From positions 64,294,001 to 64,358,000 of the forward strand of contig OX597825.1 of NCBI GenBank assembly GCA_951406725.2: DNA of 64,000 bases, written 5' to 3'. Positions within the stretch are counted from its first letter, which is position 1. Every line of letters starts with the position of its first letter. The notes beneath the pieces were generated by a model, which saw only the letters and a list, made by a program, of their open reading frames with translations, was not told where the DNA came from and made no database searches. A program made the translations under genes and the position numbers. Shown piece by piece: positions 1-13,363 of the stretch. This DNA comes from Octopus vulgaris. Lineage: Eukaryota.

Positions 1-779
1 CCACAATTTCTGCACTTCTCACATTCTGATATATTGTCTATTCTGTATATGATGGAATTGGTTGTTAAGGCATGCTCTTGGGCAGCACGTGATTATCATT
101 ATTAGTATTTCTAATATAGATGTTGATTACCAAGACAGGAAACTGTGACGCCGGCCGTATTTATCACGGTGACATATACTATTCCAAAAATCACAAAAGC
201 ACACGCGTTAGCAATTCAGTGCATTATTTGTAAATTTTATGTTATGTTTCTCTTATAAGTACGGATGCCAGTATTCTGAAGGTTTCTCATTAAAGTACTC
301 AAAATATAGCCAGATCTGCATAGACCATGAAAAAATTATTAAGCAGCTTTCTGTCGAAATTACATAATCAACATAATCTGCTTTTCATAATTCAGATCTC
401 TTAGAGTCTGATATGCCTTGCATAATGGCATATGCAAATGATAAAATTAATTAGAACTGGCACTTAATGACATGCATTTCCATACTACGTAGAAGGATAA
501 TTTTGTGAATTTGATTTCTAAGAACATCAGTCTCCTAGAGCAAATGTTTGAGGCGGCATTAAACCAAGAATATCCTAGGCCAGACTGTAAAAAAAATAAT
601 ATGCTAAGACTAATTATGTTGCATCCTGTGGTGAATTTCATGTCTTGTTATCGAAAACATTTGCCCCTAGGAATTTCTTAACTCCGCTGAGAACATTTGG
701 TGGGTAATATCTCACCGAGATAATTATGTATACTTCGTGGATTACGTGGCACATACATATGTGTCTACCAATGTGTCTG

Positions 780-782
780 TAC

Positions 783-829
<47 letters not shown>

Positions 830-830
830 A

Positions 831-880
<50 letters not shown>

Positions 881-888
881 ATATATAT

Positions 889-944
<56 letters not shown>

Positions 945-1360
945 GCATACATACATATATGCGTATATATATATATATATATGCGCACACATAAATAAAC
1001 ACACACATACACACATATATGTATATATATATAGAGAGAGAGGGAGACAGACAGGCAGACAGACAGAAAGACAGACAGACTGACGGACAGACTAACAAAC
1101 AGCCAGACATATAGATAGATAGATAGATGGATTGATAGATATATACAGAGGTTTTTATGTATGTATATACATATATATATATATATATGTATATATACAC
1201 ACATTTCTGTGTGTGTATATATATATACATATTCTATATGTATATGTATATGTATACATATGCATTTGAAATATATACATATAAAAAACATGAATATCTA
1301 AATATGTATTTTGATAGGTATGTCTATATATACATATATACATGTATATATATAATCACG
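780..1360. repeat. Compound microsatellite (ATCT)n/(TA)n/(AGAC)n
   Basis: Visible directly. Confidence 0.97.
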
Positions 1361-1714
1361 TTACGTGCCTATATGTGCGTGAATATACATCGTTGCTTGT
1401 CCTGGTGATAGGCTGGAGAAGATGTCGTCATTTTTCAAACTTAGTACTGAATACATGATATGAATTAATTTGTTATACGTGATTTTATATTTTACTTGGA
1501 GTCTAATTAACGGCAGTCTCGACCGTATAGAATTTTTTTCAGTCGTGGTCATTTCACAAGATCAAAGACGATGGAAATGCCCATGATGTGATCTCCAAAC
1601 CTCCTAGTCGCTTAAACAAGCACACCGACACACACAGTCATACACAAGCATGAGTATACACATGCATACACAAAGGCTTACATAAACAGACGATCACACA
1701 CACAGGTTTGTATA

Positions 1715-1768
<54 letters not shown>

Positions 1769-1789
1769 CATACATATATATATATATAT

Positions 1790-1848
<59 letters not shown>

Positions 1849-1923
1849 CATACGAATGTATATAATATATAAATATATATATTTACATAGATATATGCAT
1901 ACATAAACATATAAATGTATGCA

Positions 1924-1987
<64 letters not shown>

Positions 1988-2352
1988 GTATGTGTGTATG
2001 TATATATATATATATGTATGTATATATATATACTTCCTCATTCGTCTCGTCCTTTACTTGTTGAAGTGATTGAACTAGAGCTATGCTATGCACCGACTTG
2101 TAGTGTAGCTATTATCAATCTGGTAATCATTTAAATGGCCCCCCTCTTTTGCGAACGGTTTTCATTTCTCAACGATATAATTAGAAGTGCTCTTATGCAC
2201 CACGACTTTATTTGAGAGGTCATCTGAATGTAAATATGTGGTATTCCTTGTTCCAATACACACACGTAAACACACACACGCCCACATGCAAACACATACA
2301 CACACACACATATATTTTCATACATATATATACGTACATATTTATATATATA

Positions 2353-2399
<47 letters not shown>

Positions 2400-2408
2400 T
2401 GGTATTGT

Positions 2409-2743
2409 GGAGGCGCATAGCTCAGTGATTTGAGCGTCGAGCTTACGATCGTGAGGTTGTGAGCTCGAATCCCGGACCGGGCTGCGTGTTGTGTTCTTGA
2501 GCAAGACACTTTATTTCACGTTGTTCCAGTTCACTCAGCTGTGGAAATGAGTTGCGACGTCACAGGTGCCAAGCTGTATCGGTCCTTGCCTTTCCCTTGG
2601 ATAACATCGGTGGTGTGGAGAGGTGAGGCCGATATGCATGGGCGACTGCTCGCCTTCCGCAAACAACCTTGCTCGGACTTGCCCTTGGAGGGTAACTTTC
2701 TAGGTGCAATCCCATGGTCAGTGTCGTGACGGAAGGGCGTCTC
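2409..2743 (+). mobile_element. tRNA-derived SINE (family C)
   Basis: A/B-box-like head (tagctcagtg...ctcgaatccc) and central cttgagcaagacacttt...ttcactcagctgt domain; related copy at 50950-51192. Confidence 0.85.
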
Positions 2744-2749
2744 AGACTC

Positions 2750-2787
<38 letters not shown>

Positions 2788-2999
2788 CAGCGATAAATGA
2801 AATCAAGTACTATTCTGTTTCCTGCTACTGTCCTGAAGGTATGTAGACACCGACTTGCATTACCCATAATCAACCTCTGGAGAAATTCTTTATACTCAGG
2901 CTATATATCGAAACACCTCTTATCTCATTCTATCATCCCGGTTTTCAAATAGGGAAACAGCTGCCTCAAAGTCACCTACCACCCAGTCTCATTCGTCTT

Positions 3000-3550
3000 T
3001 CATATCATCAGAATGATTGAAAGGCTGGTGTGATCAAGACTAGTTGGCTTCCTGGACGTCACAATCTTCTAAATTCGAACCACCATGGCCTTTGCTGAGA
3101 CGGAGACTGTCTAGCACAGCTTTTACGCCATATCGATGATGTCCTTAAAGACTTAGGTTCTGGTTCGAACTCTGATGTTATATATCTTAATATTAGCATA
3201 GCGTCCGAAAGAATTGGACACAATATACTACCGTCAAAATTGTCAAATATAGAATCCGTGGAATCCGGGGAATCCACTCAAGTCCAGCGAAATTCACCAG
3301 TGGTGTCCCAAAGAGGACTGCCTTGGGCCGTGACTATGTTTAAACAATCGTACACTCTTCCTTAAGGCGTACCAATTACAATACATCAAATACCTAGAAT
3401 AGCTAGAACAGCACGATAACTCGCATCAGATTCCATGTAGGAGCGGTAGACATGGATGTTTATTCCTGTTTGTCTATTACCATATACAAAACGTTGTAAA
3501 ACCATCTGCTGGTATGTCCGAACGTTTCATACCAGCCTACCCACGGTCTA
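3000..3550 (+). mobile_element. Possible very old CR1-type RT remnant
   Basis: TSGVPKRTALG at ~3297-3330 resembles TSGVPQGxxLGP; little other support. Confidence 0.3.
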
Positions 3551-3746
3551 GCAAAGCAAGCATTTTGTGAATGCATGCTCTATATTGTCTATATATCCCT
3601 CCAGCTGCTTATCATTCATATTTCAGTCAGTCAATCAATCAATCAATCTATGTAACCATCTATCTATCTCTCTATCTCTCTCACTATCTATCTATCTCTA
3701 TCTATATATTTATCTCTCTCCCTATCTATCTATTAGGAAAAATATA

Positions 3747-3835
3747 CAGGGTAGGAAAAATTATAGAAATTTTGTCTACCTGTAGCCTATAATTCAGAAA
3801 ATAGTCCAAAAATTTCTATAACTTTTCCTAACCTG
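3747..3835. mobile_element. Tc1/mariner-type MITE
   Basis: TA-CAGGGTAGGAAAAATTATAGAAATTTT...AAAATTTCTATAACTTTTCCTAACCTG-TA; ~27-bp TIRs. Confidence 0.7.
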
Positions 3836-5836
3836 TATTTTTTTTCTAATATGATTTTAGCAATTTAGAAGTCGACATTTTATTTGCCACTGAAAAACAC
3901 GCACTTGCGCGGTGGATATGAAATATAATATACAAAGATGAGACATGAGCTATTCTGCCTCGTAATTATATGTTAATCTTTGGTGTACCCGCTGGTGAGA
4001 ACATCACCTAGCAAATTATTTTATTTGTTAATTAAAGTTCGAAACCATGGTCCGGTAACGAAATATGGTAAATGTTTCTATTTTTTATTCCCTTCGAAAT
4101 TACCCTTAACCGTGGTTTGGTGTTTGACTGGTCCTTCTAGTATGCTAGTAGGTGTCCTGTCAAGGCATCTCCTATGTATTTAAAAGTACGCTAAATTTAT
4201 AACTATCTATATAGATGCGTGTATGTGTGCACGCGCGCGTGTGTGTGTATGTGTGCGTAAATGTAATTATCCAATTATCCAGATGTAAGAAATTAGAAAG
4301 CTTTTTGCAGTTTGTGGAAGGTCGTAATTTTTTCCTGTATCGAAGTTCGATAAGCTAAAAAAAATTGTTCATTCTTACCTAATTTTTCTGTCTTTTCTTC
4401 CTCCGCTCTTTTCCCTTATTCATATTCTTTTTCTGAATAACTTTAGACATTTGCACTTTCCTTAGTTCTTCACACAAAATAGTAGTTTGTGTTTGCCTAT
4501 TCCCAGTTTAAATTTGAAATCCATGACACTTTCAAACCTGTAAAACAACGAGACGCCATATATTATAGAGTACCTTTCTTGTTCACTCATTCATTTGATC
4601 ATTTTCGATCAAATCTCCTTGAAGTTAACTGGAGATCCCTTGACGGCGATGTAACTTTCATTTAACTAAGGTATGTTCGGCCTGAAAAATAGCCAATGGA
4701 ATACCCCACGTTAAGTAATTTCCAGTTCCAAATTTTTGCTAGCTAGGAAACATAAGTAGGTTGGATTTTACCTGATCCATTCCCTAAATTTGGATATTTG
4801 TTTATTCTTTTATATGTTTCTGCCCTAAGGCTGTGGCCATGCTGGGGCACCTCTAGTATATGTATATATATTTATATACACAATATATTGCCTAGAGAAA
4901 ATAATCTAATAATGGGGCATATAAAATAGGTAATAGTATGAGCGCACATTAATATGCATTTTTTTCCGATGAGGGCTTACACGCCCCAATATTAGATTAT
5001 TTTATTTCGCGTATAAGCATAAGTTTTTTAATTATATTTAGAGAATTCGCAATCGTCACCGTTTCCTAACTTACGCAGACAAGCATCCTTGGATGTACAT
5101 ATACAAACGTATGTATGCATTTCTCAAAACTGAAACTTCGAAGCTAAGTGGAGTAAATTAACGTACTCGTTGGGATTAAGGAGCAGAAATATCGGCCCTG
5201 ATGGAAGCGTTAGGAGCTCCTATATATGTCACGAATATGATTAGCTACTTCACTTTTATAACTCAGCTGAGTTTAGTAAGTGCTTTTTATATCTTCCATC
5301 ACAGTAGGGAAATACTTTGTGGAGCCAAACTGTCTCAACAGGTGTAAAGCGCGGGCTAATAAATGTGGAAAACCAATTTAAAAGCTGTTACATAATTCAC
5401 AATATGATATGCATATTATTTTGGTTTTTCCTTTGATGCAGAAATTAGGATGAATCCGCAGAAGTTTCTTTTCATGAATCAATAATTAAAGCTCTAGATT
5501 GTTGACTTGAGGCTGCAAAACTATCGCATAACTGATATACTTTTCATTAATTATCAATCTCTGGTTGTGAAACTGCTATTCACATCTCGATGTCTCGATA
5601 ATTATTGTACATTAATTGGCAGTTTGTAATTAAGTGTAAGCTTGCATCTGTGAAGTACTTAAAAAGTGCTGCTTACTTGTTCTGGCAACGATTAAAAGAT
5701 TACTTGCACTATTATGACTACCAAACGTAATGCTGAAAATGCCGGAGAAAGAAAAGAAAAGAAATAGTCTTAGGTTTAGATGTTAATGAACTAATGCTGT
5801 ATAATTATAATGGAATGAATGCATTTTCATATGATG

Positions 5837-5900
<64 letters not shown>

Positions 5901-6136
5901 CATACATACATACATGCATACATACCTGCATACATATATATATATATATATACGTTGTGATTGTTTTAATGCGCATAATGAATTATTTCAATACTACTTT
6001 TTAACACATAAGCACACAAACACACAAAATAGTAGTTTGTGTTTGCCTATTCCCAGTTTAAATTTGAAATCCATGACACTTTCAAACCTGTAAAACAACG
6101 AGACGCCATATATTATAGAGTACCTTTTCCATATAA

Positions 6137-6716
6137 ACGAGGTGTATTTCAGAAAATTTGAAACTTTTTTTACGAGAAGCAGTTATAACTATCTTCAAAT
6201 GTTGTTATTTATTGTATATCATTATTGTATAGATAATAAGCTAAGATGCCAACCTTTGCTATTCCAGATCGAAGAAAACGGCTGTAACAACACTTTGAAC
6301 ACATCCTAGTAAACACTGTTTGTCATTGCTAACTAGTTTGCAGAATGCACCTGGGACGTTTGGAAGGTCGCTATGCGTTAAATTTCATGTTAAAATGAGA
6401 AAAAGTGCTATAGATTCTTATGAAATGCTCCCTATTGCTTAGGAAGTTACATTGTTGCTGGTACAAGAGGCTCAAGTACAGAAGAGAGGTGGAGAGAGAA
6501 GATAAAATGTGTAGTATAGATAACGTCAAAGCATCAGAACTGGTTAAGAAAATTCGCAATGTTGTGAATGAAAAATTTTGTGTATTCATAACAGCAATAA
6601 ACATATTGTTCGTTGATGGTGTGTCAAGGTTGCACACAATTGATAATGAAGATATAGACATGTACAAAATTTGTGCTATGTTTGTTCCAAAGCTACGCAA
6701 GGACGAGAAGTTATAA
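6137..6716 (+). mobile_element. Decayed mariner 5' part
   Basis: acgaggtgtatttcagaaaa TIR-like start; RYALNF..EKSAIDSYEM, WYKRLK, MYKICAMFVPKL (WVP-type motif). Confidence 0.55.
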
Positions 6717-7043
6717 GCGGGCAATTTAGACTGGTCGTGTGCATACGTGCATATATATGTATGTATACGTTCGTATATGTAAGTATTTGTATGTTATACG
6801 TATATATATATATGTGTGTGTATTTATGTTACTATCTCTGTATATTCCATTGAAGAGGCAAAACATTTCTCCAGCAGAGTCAGAAATCCGAGATCTGGAA
6901 TTATCCAGTAATTTTTTGCTAGTTTATTTTATACTTTTATCCTCTCTCCTGTGCTGTATGAACATTTAATGTGGTTTCAGAGTCAGGTTTTGGCTGCTAT
7001 TTCAAGTGTGTGGTTATATCTCTTAGATACCCTAAATTATAGT

Positions 7044-7099
<56 letters not shown>

Positions 7100-7160
7100 A
7101 TATATATAATATACATATACATATCAATAATATACATATGTACATGTACATGAAATACAT

Positions 7161-7221
<61 letters not shown>

Positions 7222-7775
7222 CATATGTACATGTACATAAAATATAATTAAAATTCAGTAGATCAAGTACTTAAATTAAGGTACCTTGCTAGTTCTGTAT
7301 AAACCGCACAGTCCAATAACATTTTTCAAATATTTAGTATCAAGACTCCGTGTAGATGTGTCTGTATCTAATATTCCTGTCGTGTATGCAGACAACGCAA
7401 CTCAATTGAAGATAGCAGCTCTCGGTAATTCAGACATGTACTTTTCATAAAAGTACTTTCTATAATATTTCCGAAGTGCAGATTCCCAGTTAGGTGAAAA
7501 GAATATGAAAAAGTAACAATGATGTACAGGTACCAATATATTACGGACATTTCAAGCGATGTCATTTAATTGATTAATAAAAACATTACATTAGTTTGAA
7601 AGATCCCGCTTTATTCAGTTGTCGATATAAAAGTTCATAAAGGATAGACCAATTTTTAACAAATTTATATGAATAATAGAAACCCGATTAATAACATTCT
7701 TTCCTTACGTTATGTTATATCTGTGGCAGAATGAATTTAGAAAAGTATGCATATCTTGTTAAGCCTACTATAATT

Positions 7776-8026
7776 GTGAAAGGTAGGAGAGTCCAGTTTG
7801 CTGGACATTGTTGTAGAGCTGAAAAAGAAGTAATTTCTACTCTTCTCCTTTGGAAGCCATCTACTCGCAATACCAGAGGGCGCACACTCTCCTACCCTGA
7901 TGTAATCTCCAGGGATACAGGCATCCAGCAACAGGACCTCCGTAATGCCATGATGGACCGTGAAGTCTGGCGTAGCATGGTAAATTCCAGTGTCTCAACC
8001 ACGGTCGAACAATGATGATGATGATG
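7776..8026 (+). mobile_element. 5'-truncated RTE-type LINE 3' end
   Basis: RRVQFAGHCCR...LLLWKP...RDTG...AMMDREVWR C-terminus, (GAT)n tail, candidate TSD ATAATT (7770-75, 8027-32). Confidence 0.8.
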
Positions 8027-8601
8027 ATAATTTAGAGAATAGCTGAGGAAAATGATGGGGGTCAAGAAAATAGGAGTGGTGACGTAGATATTTATGCTTT
8101 GATTTTATGTAGCATGTAGTGTTCAAGCATTTAGAATTAAATCCATTGGGAGTTGTCAACTGTATTCTAGTTGATGGTGATTAATCAATTGATGTCAATC
8201 TCCTAGACTGGAACCATTTAATTCTCTTTATCTACATAAAAGGATATGTCACAGTGAGGCAAGTAATAGAATGACTGATGGGGAAGAGGTGATAACTAGA
8301 AGAAAGAAGGATAGGGGTGGCCAAATCTTATTTATACTATCAAGTAAAGGAGAATGTAATGAAAAGCAAAAGAGATACCCAAGTAATATATACTTTAGAG
8401 TGGAAATTAGAATTGAATGATACGGAAAGTAGTAATTTATAACGAAACAAATTTACTATATTAAATTAAGAAAATTTAAATCAATATATAGAAAAAGGAT
8501 AGAATGTAATGGGATACTTTGATATATAAGAAAAACTGTTTAGGTTTTTCTTAGGCATATTGTGAAGAAAGCTATGATATAAACATTCTATAAATGAATG
8601 C

Positions 8602-8882
8602 GTGGAGGCGCAATGGCCTAGTGGTTAGGGCAGCGGTTTCGATTCCCAGACCGGGCGTTGTGAGTGTTTATTGAGCGAAAACATCTAGAAGCTCCACGAG
8701 GCTCCGGCAAGGGGTGGTGATCCCTGCTGTACTCTTTCACCACTCTTTCTCTCACTCTTTTTTCTGTTGGCCTGCTCGCTTAGCCAGCGGGGTGGCGTCA
8801 TTCGAAGGCAACGCATTGTGACCAGCGATGTGTAACAACATCTGATGGTCTGGTCGGTCACGTGATCACGTGATCACGTGAT
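8602..8882 (+). mobile_element. tRNA-derived SINE (family B head, alternative 3' tail)
   Basis: tggcctagtggttag...ttcgattccc head, 9-bp TSD AATGAATGC (8593-8601, 8883-8891), (CACGTGAT)3 tail. Confidence 0.9.
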
Positions 8883-10399
8883 AATGAATGCATAACTAAA
8901 TCAAAATATCATATGAAAAGGAGTACGTAGTATATATTAAAGCAATAACAAGGACTATTTTCTTCATTATGGGTGGATAAGTATAAGATACCGAAAATAT
9001 GGAACCTAATATAATGGGTAATTGAAGTAGAGGTATATTGTTATTCACTATAAGGGAATCCATTGCTATTGAATATAAGGGAAGCTAATCCCTAATATAA
9101 GGAAGCTAATCCCAATTCCGAAGCTAATCCAATTACTTATATATATATATACGTCGTGCTACTTTCAGTTTCTGTCTATCAAGGTCATTCACAAAGCTTT
9201 GGTCGACCCGAGGCTATGTTAGAGGACAATTGCCCAAGGTGACCCGCAGTGGAATTGAACCCGGAACGATGTGGTTAGGAAGCAAGCTTCTTAGCACACA
9301 ACCACTTCTGTGCCTTTTTGAAATATTACTGATCAAAGTGGTTAATAGAAAGCTATACTACGTATATATCGAGATAATAGAGTGTATAAGGTGCATTCGG
9401 ATGCAATAGTTAAACCGGGTTGGGTATGTAAACATTTAATGAATATTGCATGATTAAAAGATATACTAAAATCAAATAAAGATTTCCATATCCAGTAAAT
9501 TTAATAAAAAGAACTTCATGACAAAATAATTGTAAATTACAAATACTAGGAAAAATTATGAAATGATGTACGAATGTATAAAAATATCACCTGCACACAC
9601 ACGAATTTATAAAGCATAATGCGTCGTAATAAATATAAAATATGATATTGTATTTTACAGTAAGTGTTATGAAAAGAGATTGAAAACACCTTTATAATCG
9701 ATAGAAGCTACAGAAATGCATAGGAGGGTACATAGATATATAAAAATTTGATAATATAAGGTATAAAGATATAAAAACTTAAATATTTTTATAAAACTTT
9801 TATAAAATATTTCTTTGTGAATTATATGAAATGTATAACAGAAGTAAAAAAAAAGGATAAATAAAGAAAAAATAAAATGTAAAAAGGATGATTTTATAAA
9901 TAGGGATATAAACTGTAAATTATATTGGTATAATGAAAAGTATTCTTAGATATGTTATTATCATAATACCCTATAAAAATTAAAAATATGTATATAAAAT
10001 GCTAATTGAAAAAGTAAAGTAAAAATAAAGACACCTTTCAAAATAGGTTTATAAAATATTTTCTAAAATATACCAAAGACACTGATTTAGGTAGCATAAT
10101 AACAGTTCCTGAGGGATATACTTTATACTCAGGGGAGGTGTAAGATTTAGTAATCCATTGCTATTTACTATAAGGGAATCCATTGCTATTTAATATAAGG
10201 GAAGCTTATCCAAATTCCGAAAGGGTACATATTTAATATACTTATTGAAAGATTACTGATCAAAGTGGATATTACAAAGCAATACTACATATATCGAGAT
10301 AATAGAGGATATGCTATGAATGAAATGATACACCGGATAAATCGTGTTACCAAATCATAGTATAATATATTTATAATTACCTGCTTCTAAAGAATTTGA

Positions 10400-10590
10400 A
10401 GGCACGGTTAATTCTATGAACACAATATATATTATCGATTAGGTTTTGTTTATATTTGTTTATATTATTGATTAGGTTTTGTTTATATTTGAATATTCCG
10501 TACATCTCCATACAGCGTAGTTCACATGCATATCGGTTGTGTATGGTTGAGCTCTACGGTCTATATCCCATTGTAGGCTAAATTTACTAT
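10400..10590 (-). pseudogene. GIY-YIG endonuclease C-terminal remnant (continues at 11853-11950 across the mariner)
   Basis: SKFSLQWDIDRRAQPY / CELRCMEMYGIF / YCVH versus SSYRLEWSILSVALPF / CNLCVSELFHIL / RCPH in the young element. Confidence 0.75.
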
Positions 10591-10592
10591 TA

Positions 10593-11850
10593 CTCGGTTG
10601 TTCCGAAAATAATGGCGCTTTAAACGTTGTGTTTTGAAACGCAGTTTTATCATAATATTTTAATCATATTTTAGGTGAATTTCGACATACTTAATAATTG
10701 ATGTATGCTCTTTAATAATTTTCTAATTATTTCAGACAGAAAACATTCTTGAAGCATATGTGCCCTTATTCATGAACATGACAAAATATGATATTCGCCT
10801 ACTTTACTTGCATGAGTTAATCTTGGGTGCAGTGCCCCCTAAACTGCTACCAATATTAACAGAGCATGGAGAGAGGATTCCACAAGTCATCGCACAGTAC
10901 GAAGGTGGTTTCAGAATTTCCGTTGTGGTGATGAGAGCCCTGAAGATGAAAAAGATAGAGGACGATCGCGCAGTCTTGGATATGAACAATTGAAAGCAAT
11001 TGTTGAATAAACCCCACGTCAAAGTGTCAGAGAAATGTCTCAGACACATGGTGTCGTTATTGCAACGGTCTCACGCAATCTACAGAAGATTGGTAAGGTG
11101 AAAAATCTCGATAAATGGGTACCGCTAGAGCTCAATGAAAATCAAAATGTTCGGTGATTTGAAGTGTGCTCGATGCTCTTTCTCCGAAACACCAATGATC
11201 TTTTTCTTGACCGAATAGTCGCATGTGACGAAAAGGTGATCCTTAATTATAACCGTAAACGATCAGGTCAATGGTTTGATCATGATGAGTAACCCAAACA
11301 TTTCCCAAAGCCAAAGAAAAATATTATGGTGATTGTCTGGTTGTCTGCAATTGGTGTTGTGCATTACAGCTTTCTGGAAGCCAATCAGAGCATTTCACCC
11401 AGGGTTTGCTGCAACCAAATCTCTGTAACGCATGCCTACTTGCAAAAAATGAAACCTGCACTGGTGAATCGGCGTGGCCCAATTCTGCTCCCCGTTAATG
11501 CAAAGCCACATGTTGCAAGTATAATGCTCCAGAAACTTGGAATACGAGACTTTACTACATCTTCCGTTTTCTCCGGATACTTCACCCACTGACTACCATT
11601 TTTTAAAGCATTTTACCGCGTTTGTGATAAAACGTTCAGGTCTAAACAGGAGGTGGTATGAGCTTTCAAAGATTTCTTAGCATCAAAGCCAATAAGTTTT
11701 TATCAAAGCCTAAATAATCTCATTGATCGATGGCAGAGATGTATAGATATTCACGACTCATACTTTGATTAATCAAAACAGTTCTATTGTTAATTTTTCC
11801 AGAATAAAATTATGTTTCTGAAATCGGCCATTATTTTCAGAACAACCTAA
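10593..11850 (+). mobile_element. Full-length decayed mariner transposon (~1.26 kb)
   Basis: TIRs ctcggttgttccgaaaataatggc / gccattattttcagaacaacctaa, with TA on both sides (10591-92, 11851-52). Confidence 0.93.
10772..11772 (+). pseudogene. Mariner transposase pseudogene
   Basis: WVPLELNENQ (WVPHEL), IVACDEK, LPVNAKPH (LHDNARPH), SPDTSPTDYHFF, terminal SYFD*. Contains stops and frameshifts. Confidence 0.92.
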
Positions 11851-12497
11851 TAGTATCCTTGTTTGACAAGATTTTCGTAGATAATATGATGCTGTTGGCT
11901 TTATCCCTAATAACGGGCATTTGGATCCTTCCCTACAATTACAACTGCGGATATTGTTTACCCTATCATTAATATTTGAGCGATAACGTCTTCGAGGTAT
12001 CGCTCAAATTCGTAGAAGTATTACCAAGTGTTATGTCACTATTTTTCAAGTTATTATAATAAGTATTATTACTTCTATTTTTATTATCCCTATTGTTTCG
12101 GACTATATCATTAGATATTTTGCCATGAACCAGTAATGATTGCATTTGGGATATCTGGTGTTTCATCTGCGGTTTATTGGCTCTGATACCTATACTGACA
12201 GCATCGTGGCTAGCTGAGAGTGGATTCTCAGTATTATCCATGATATTTTTGATTCTTACATGTCTACTATTATTATTAGAATCAGTATTAGGAGTTAACC
12301 CACTATTACCATTATCATCATTATTATTATCAATCTCGCGGTGTAATTATATGTTTCTTCTGTTCAAGCAGGTTATAATCATAACTATATATCGAAAGGT
12401 GGAATAAGAGACTTTGATTCTCCTACGAGAGAAGGGTTTGTTATACTTACGTCAAGTTGTAAAGGTTTTCTCCCAAATCGCAATAAATTTACTATAT

Positions 12498-12885
12498 GGA
12501 TGGAAGCACTCCGTCGGTTACGACGACGAGGGTTCCGGTTGATCCGAATCAACGGAACAGCCTGCTCGTGAAATTAACGTGTAAGTGGCTGAGCACTCCA
12601 CAGGCACGTGTACCCTTAACGTAGTTCTCGGGGATATTCAGCGTGACACAGAGAGTGACAAGGCCGGCCCTTTGAAATACAGGTACAACAGAAACAGGAA
12701 GTAAGAGTGAGAGAAAGTTGTGGTGAAAGAGTAAAGCAGGGATCACCACCATCCCCTGCCGGAGCCTCGTGGAGCTTTAGGCGTTTTCGCTCTCAATAAA
12801 CACTCACAACGCCCAGTCTGGGAATCGAAACCGCGATCCTATGACCGCGAGTCCGCTGCCCTAACCACTGGGCCATTGCGCCTCC
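12498..12885 (-). mobile_element. tRNA-derived SINE (family B), full length
   Basis: Near identical to 44680-45049; ~13-bp TSD aaattta(c/t)tatat. Confidence 0.92.
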
Positions 12886-13189
12886 AAATTTATTATATAT
12901 ATTAGTAGAGATTACACTACTGAAAGGAATGTTATACCAGTCCATGTTATTATTCCTATTATTCTTATGTCTCTGGAAGCGGATCCTATCATCCCTGGTA
13001 CTATTTCCCGAACATCGAGTTTGATTATTAATTACGATTTCATTATCGGTATTTATGTTATTATTAGAATCGGCCCCGTTCTTTTCATTTAAGTTCTTGT
13101 AATGTTTTTTTATTAATCAATTAAAAGAAGCCACTTGAAATAGCTGTAATGTATTGACACCTGTACATTTTTCTTACTTATATATATAT

Positions 13190-13363
13190 ATATATATACG
13201 TCGTGCTACTTTCAGTTTCTGTCTACCAAGGTCATTCACAAAGCTTTGGTCGACCCGAGGCTATGTTAGAGGACGATTGCCCAAGGTTCCCCGCAGTGGA
13301 ATTGAACCCGGAACGATGTGGTTAGGAAGCAAGCTTCTTAGCACACAACCACTTCTGTGCCTT
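13190..13363 (-). mobile_element. SINE family A 5' half (duplicated at 9140-9316)
   Basis: Reverse complement of the family A head, with private substitutions shared with 9140-9316. Confidence 0.85.

Larger units (their letters stand above)
7240..13141 (-). mobile_element. Old decayed Penelope-like element with nested RTE, SINE and mariner insertions
   Basis: Minus-strand remnants RSCNCREGSKCPLLG (~11905-11950), LSTKILSNKDT|NSKFSLQWDIDRRAQPY and CELRCMEMYGI...YCVH (~10400-10590) align to the GIY-YIG C-terminus at 16530-16760. ~42-bp inverted match 7549-7590 vs 13098-13141. (TA)n lies to the left. Outer boundaries are approximate. Confidence 0.6.

Noticed and set aside
2409-2480. tRNA genes at SINE heads
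   Set aside because: tRNA-like A/B boxes run into SINE bodies; no complete cloverleaf.
7368-7565. Minus ORF ending CLNYRELLSSIELRCLH as a GIY-YIG tail
   Set aside because: Only superficial similarity; the upstream W and CxxC motifs are absent.
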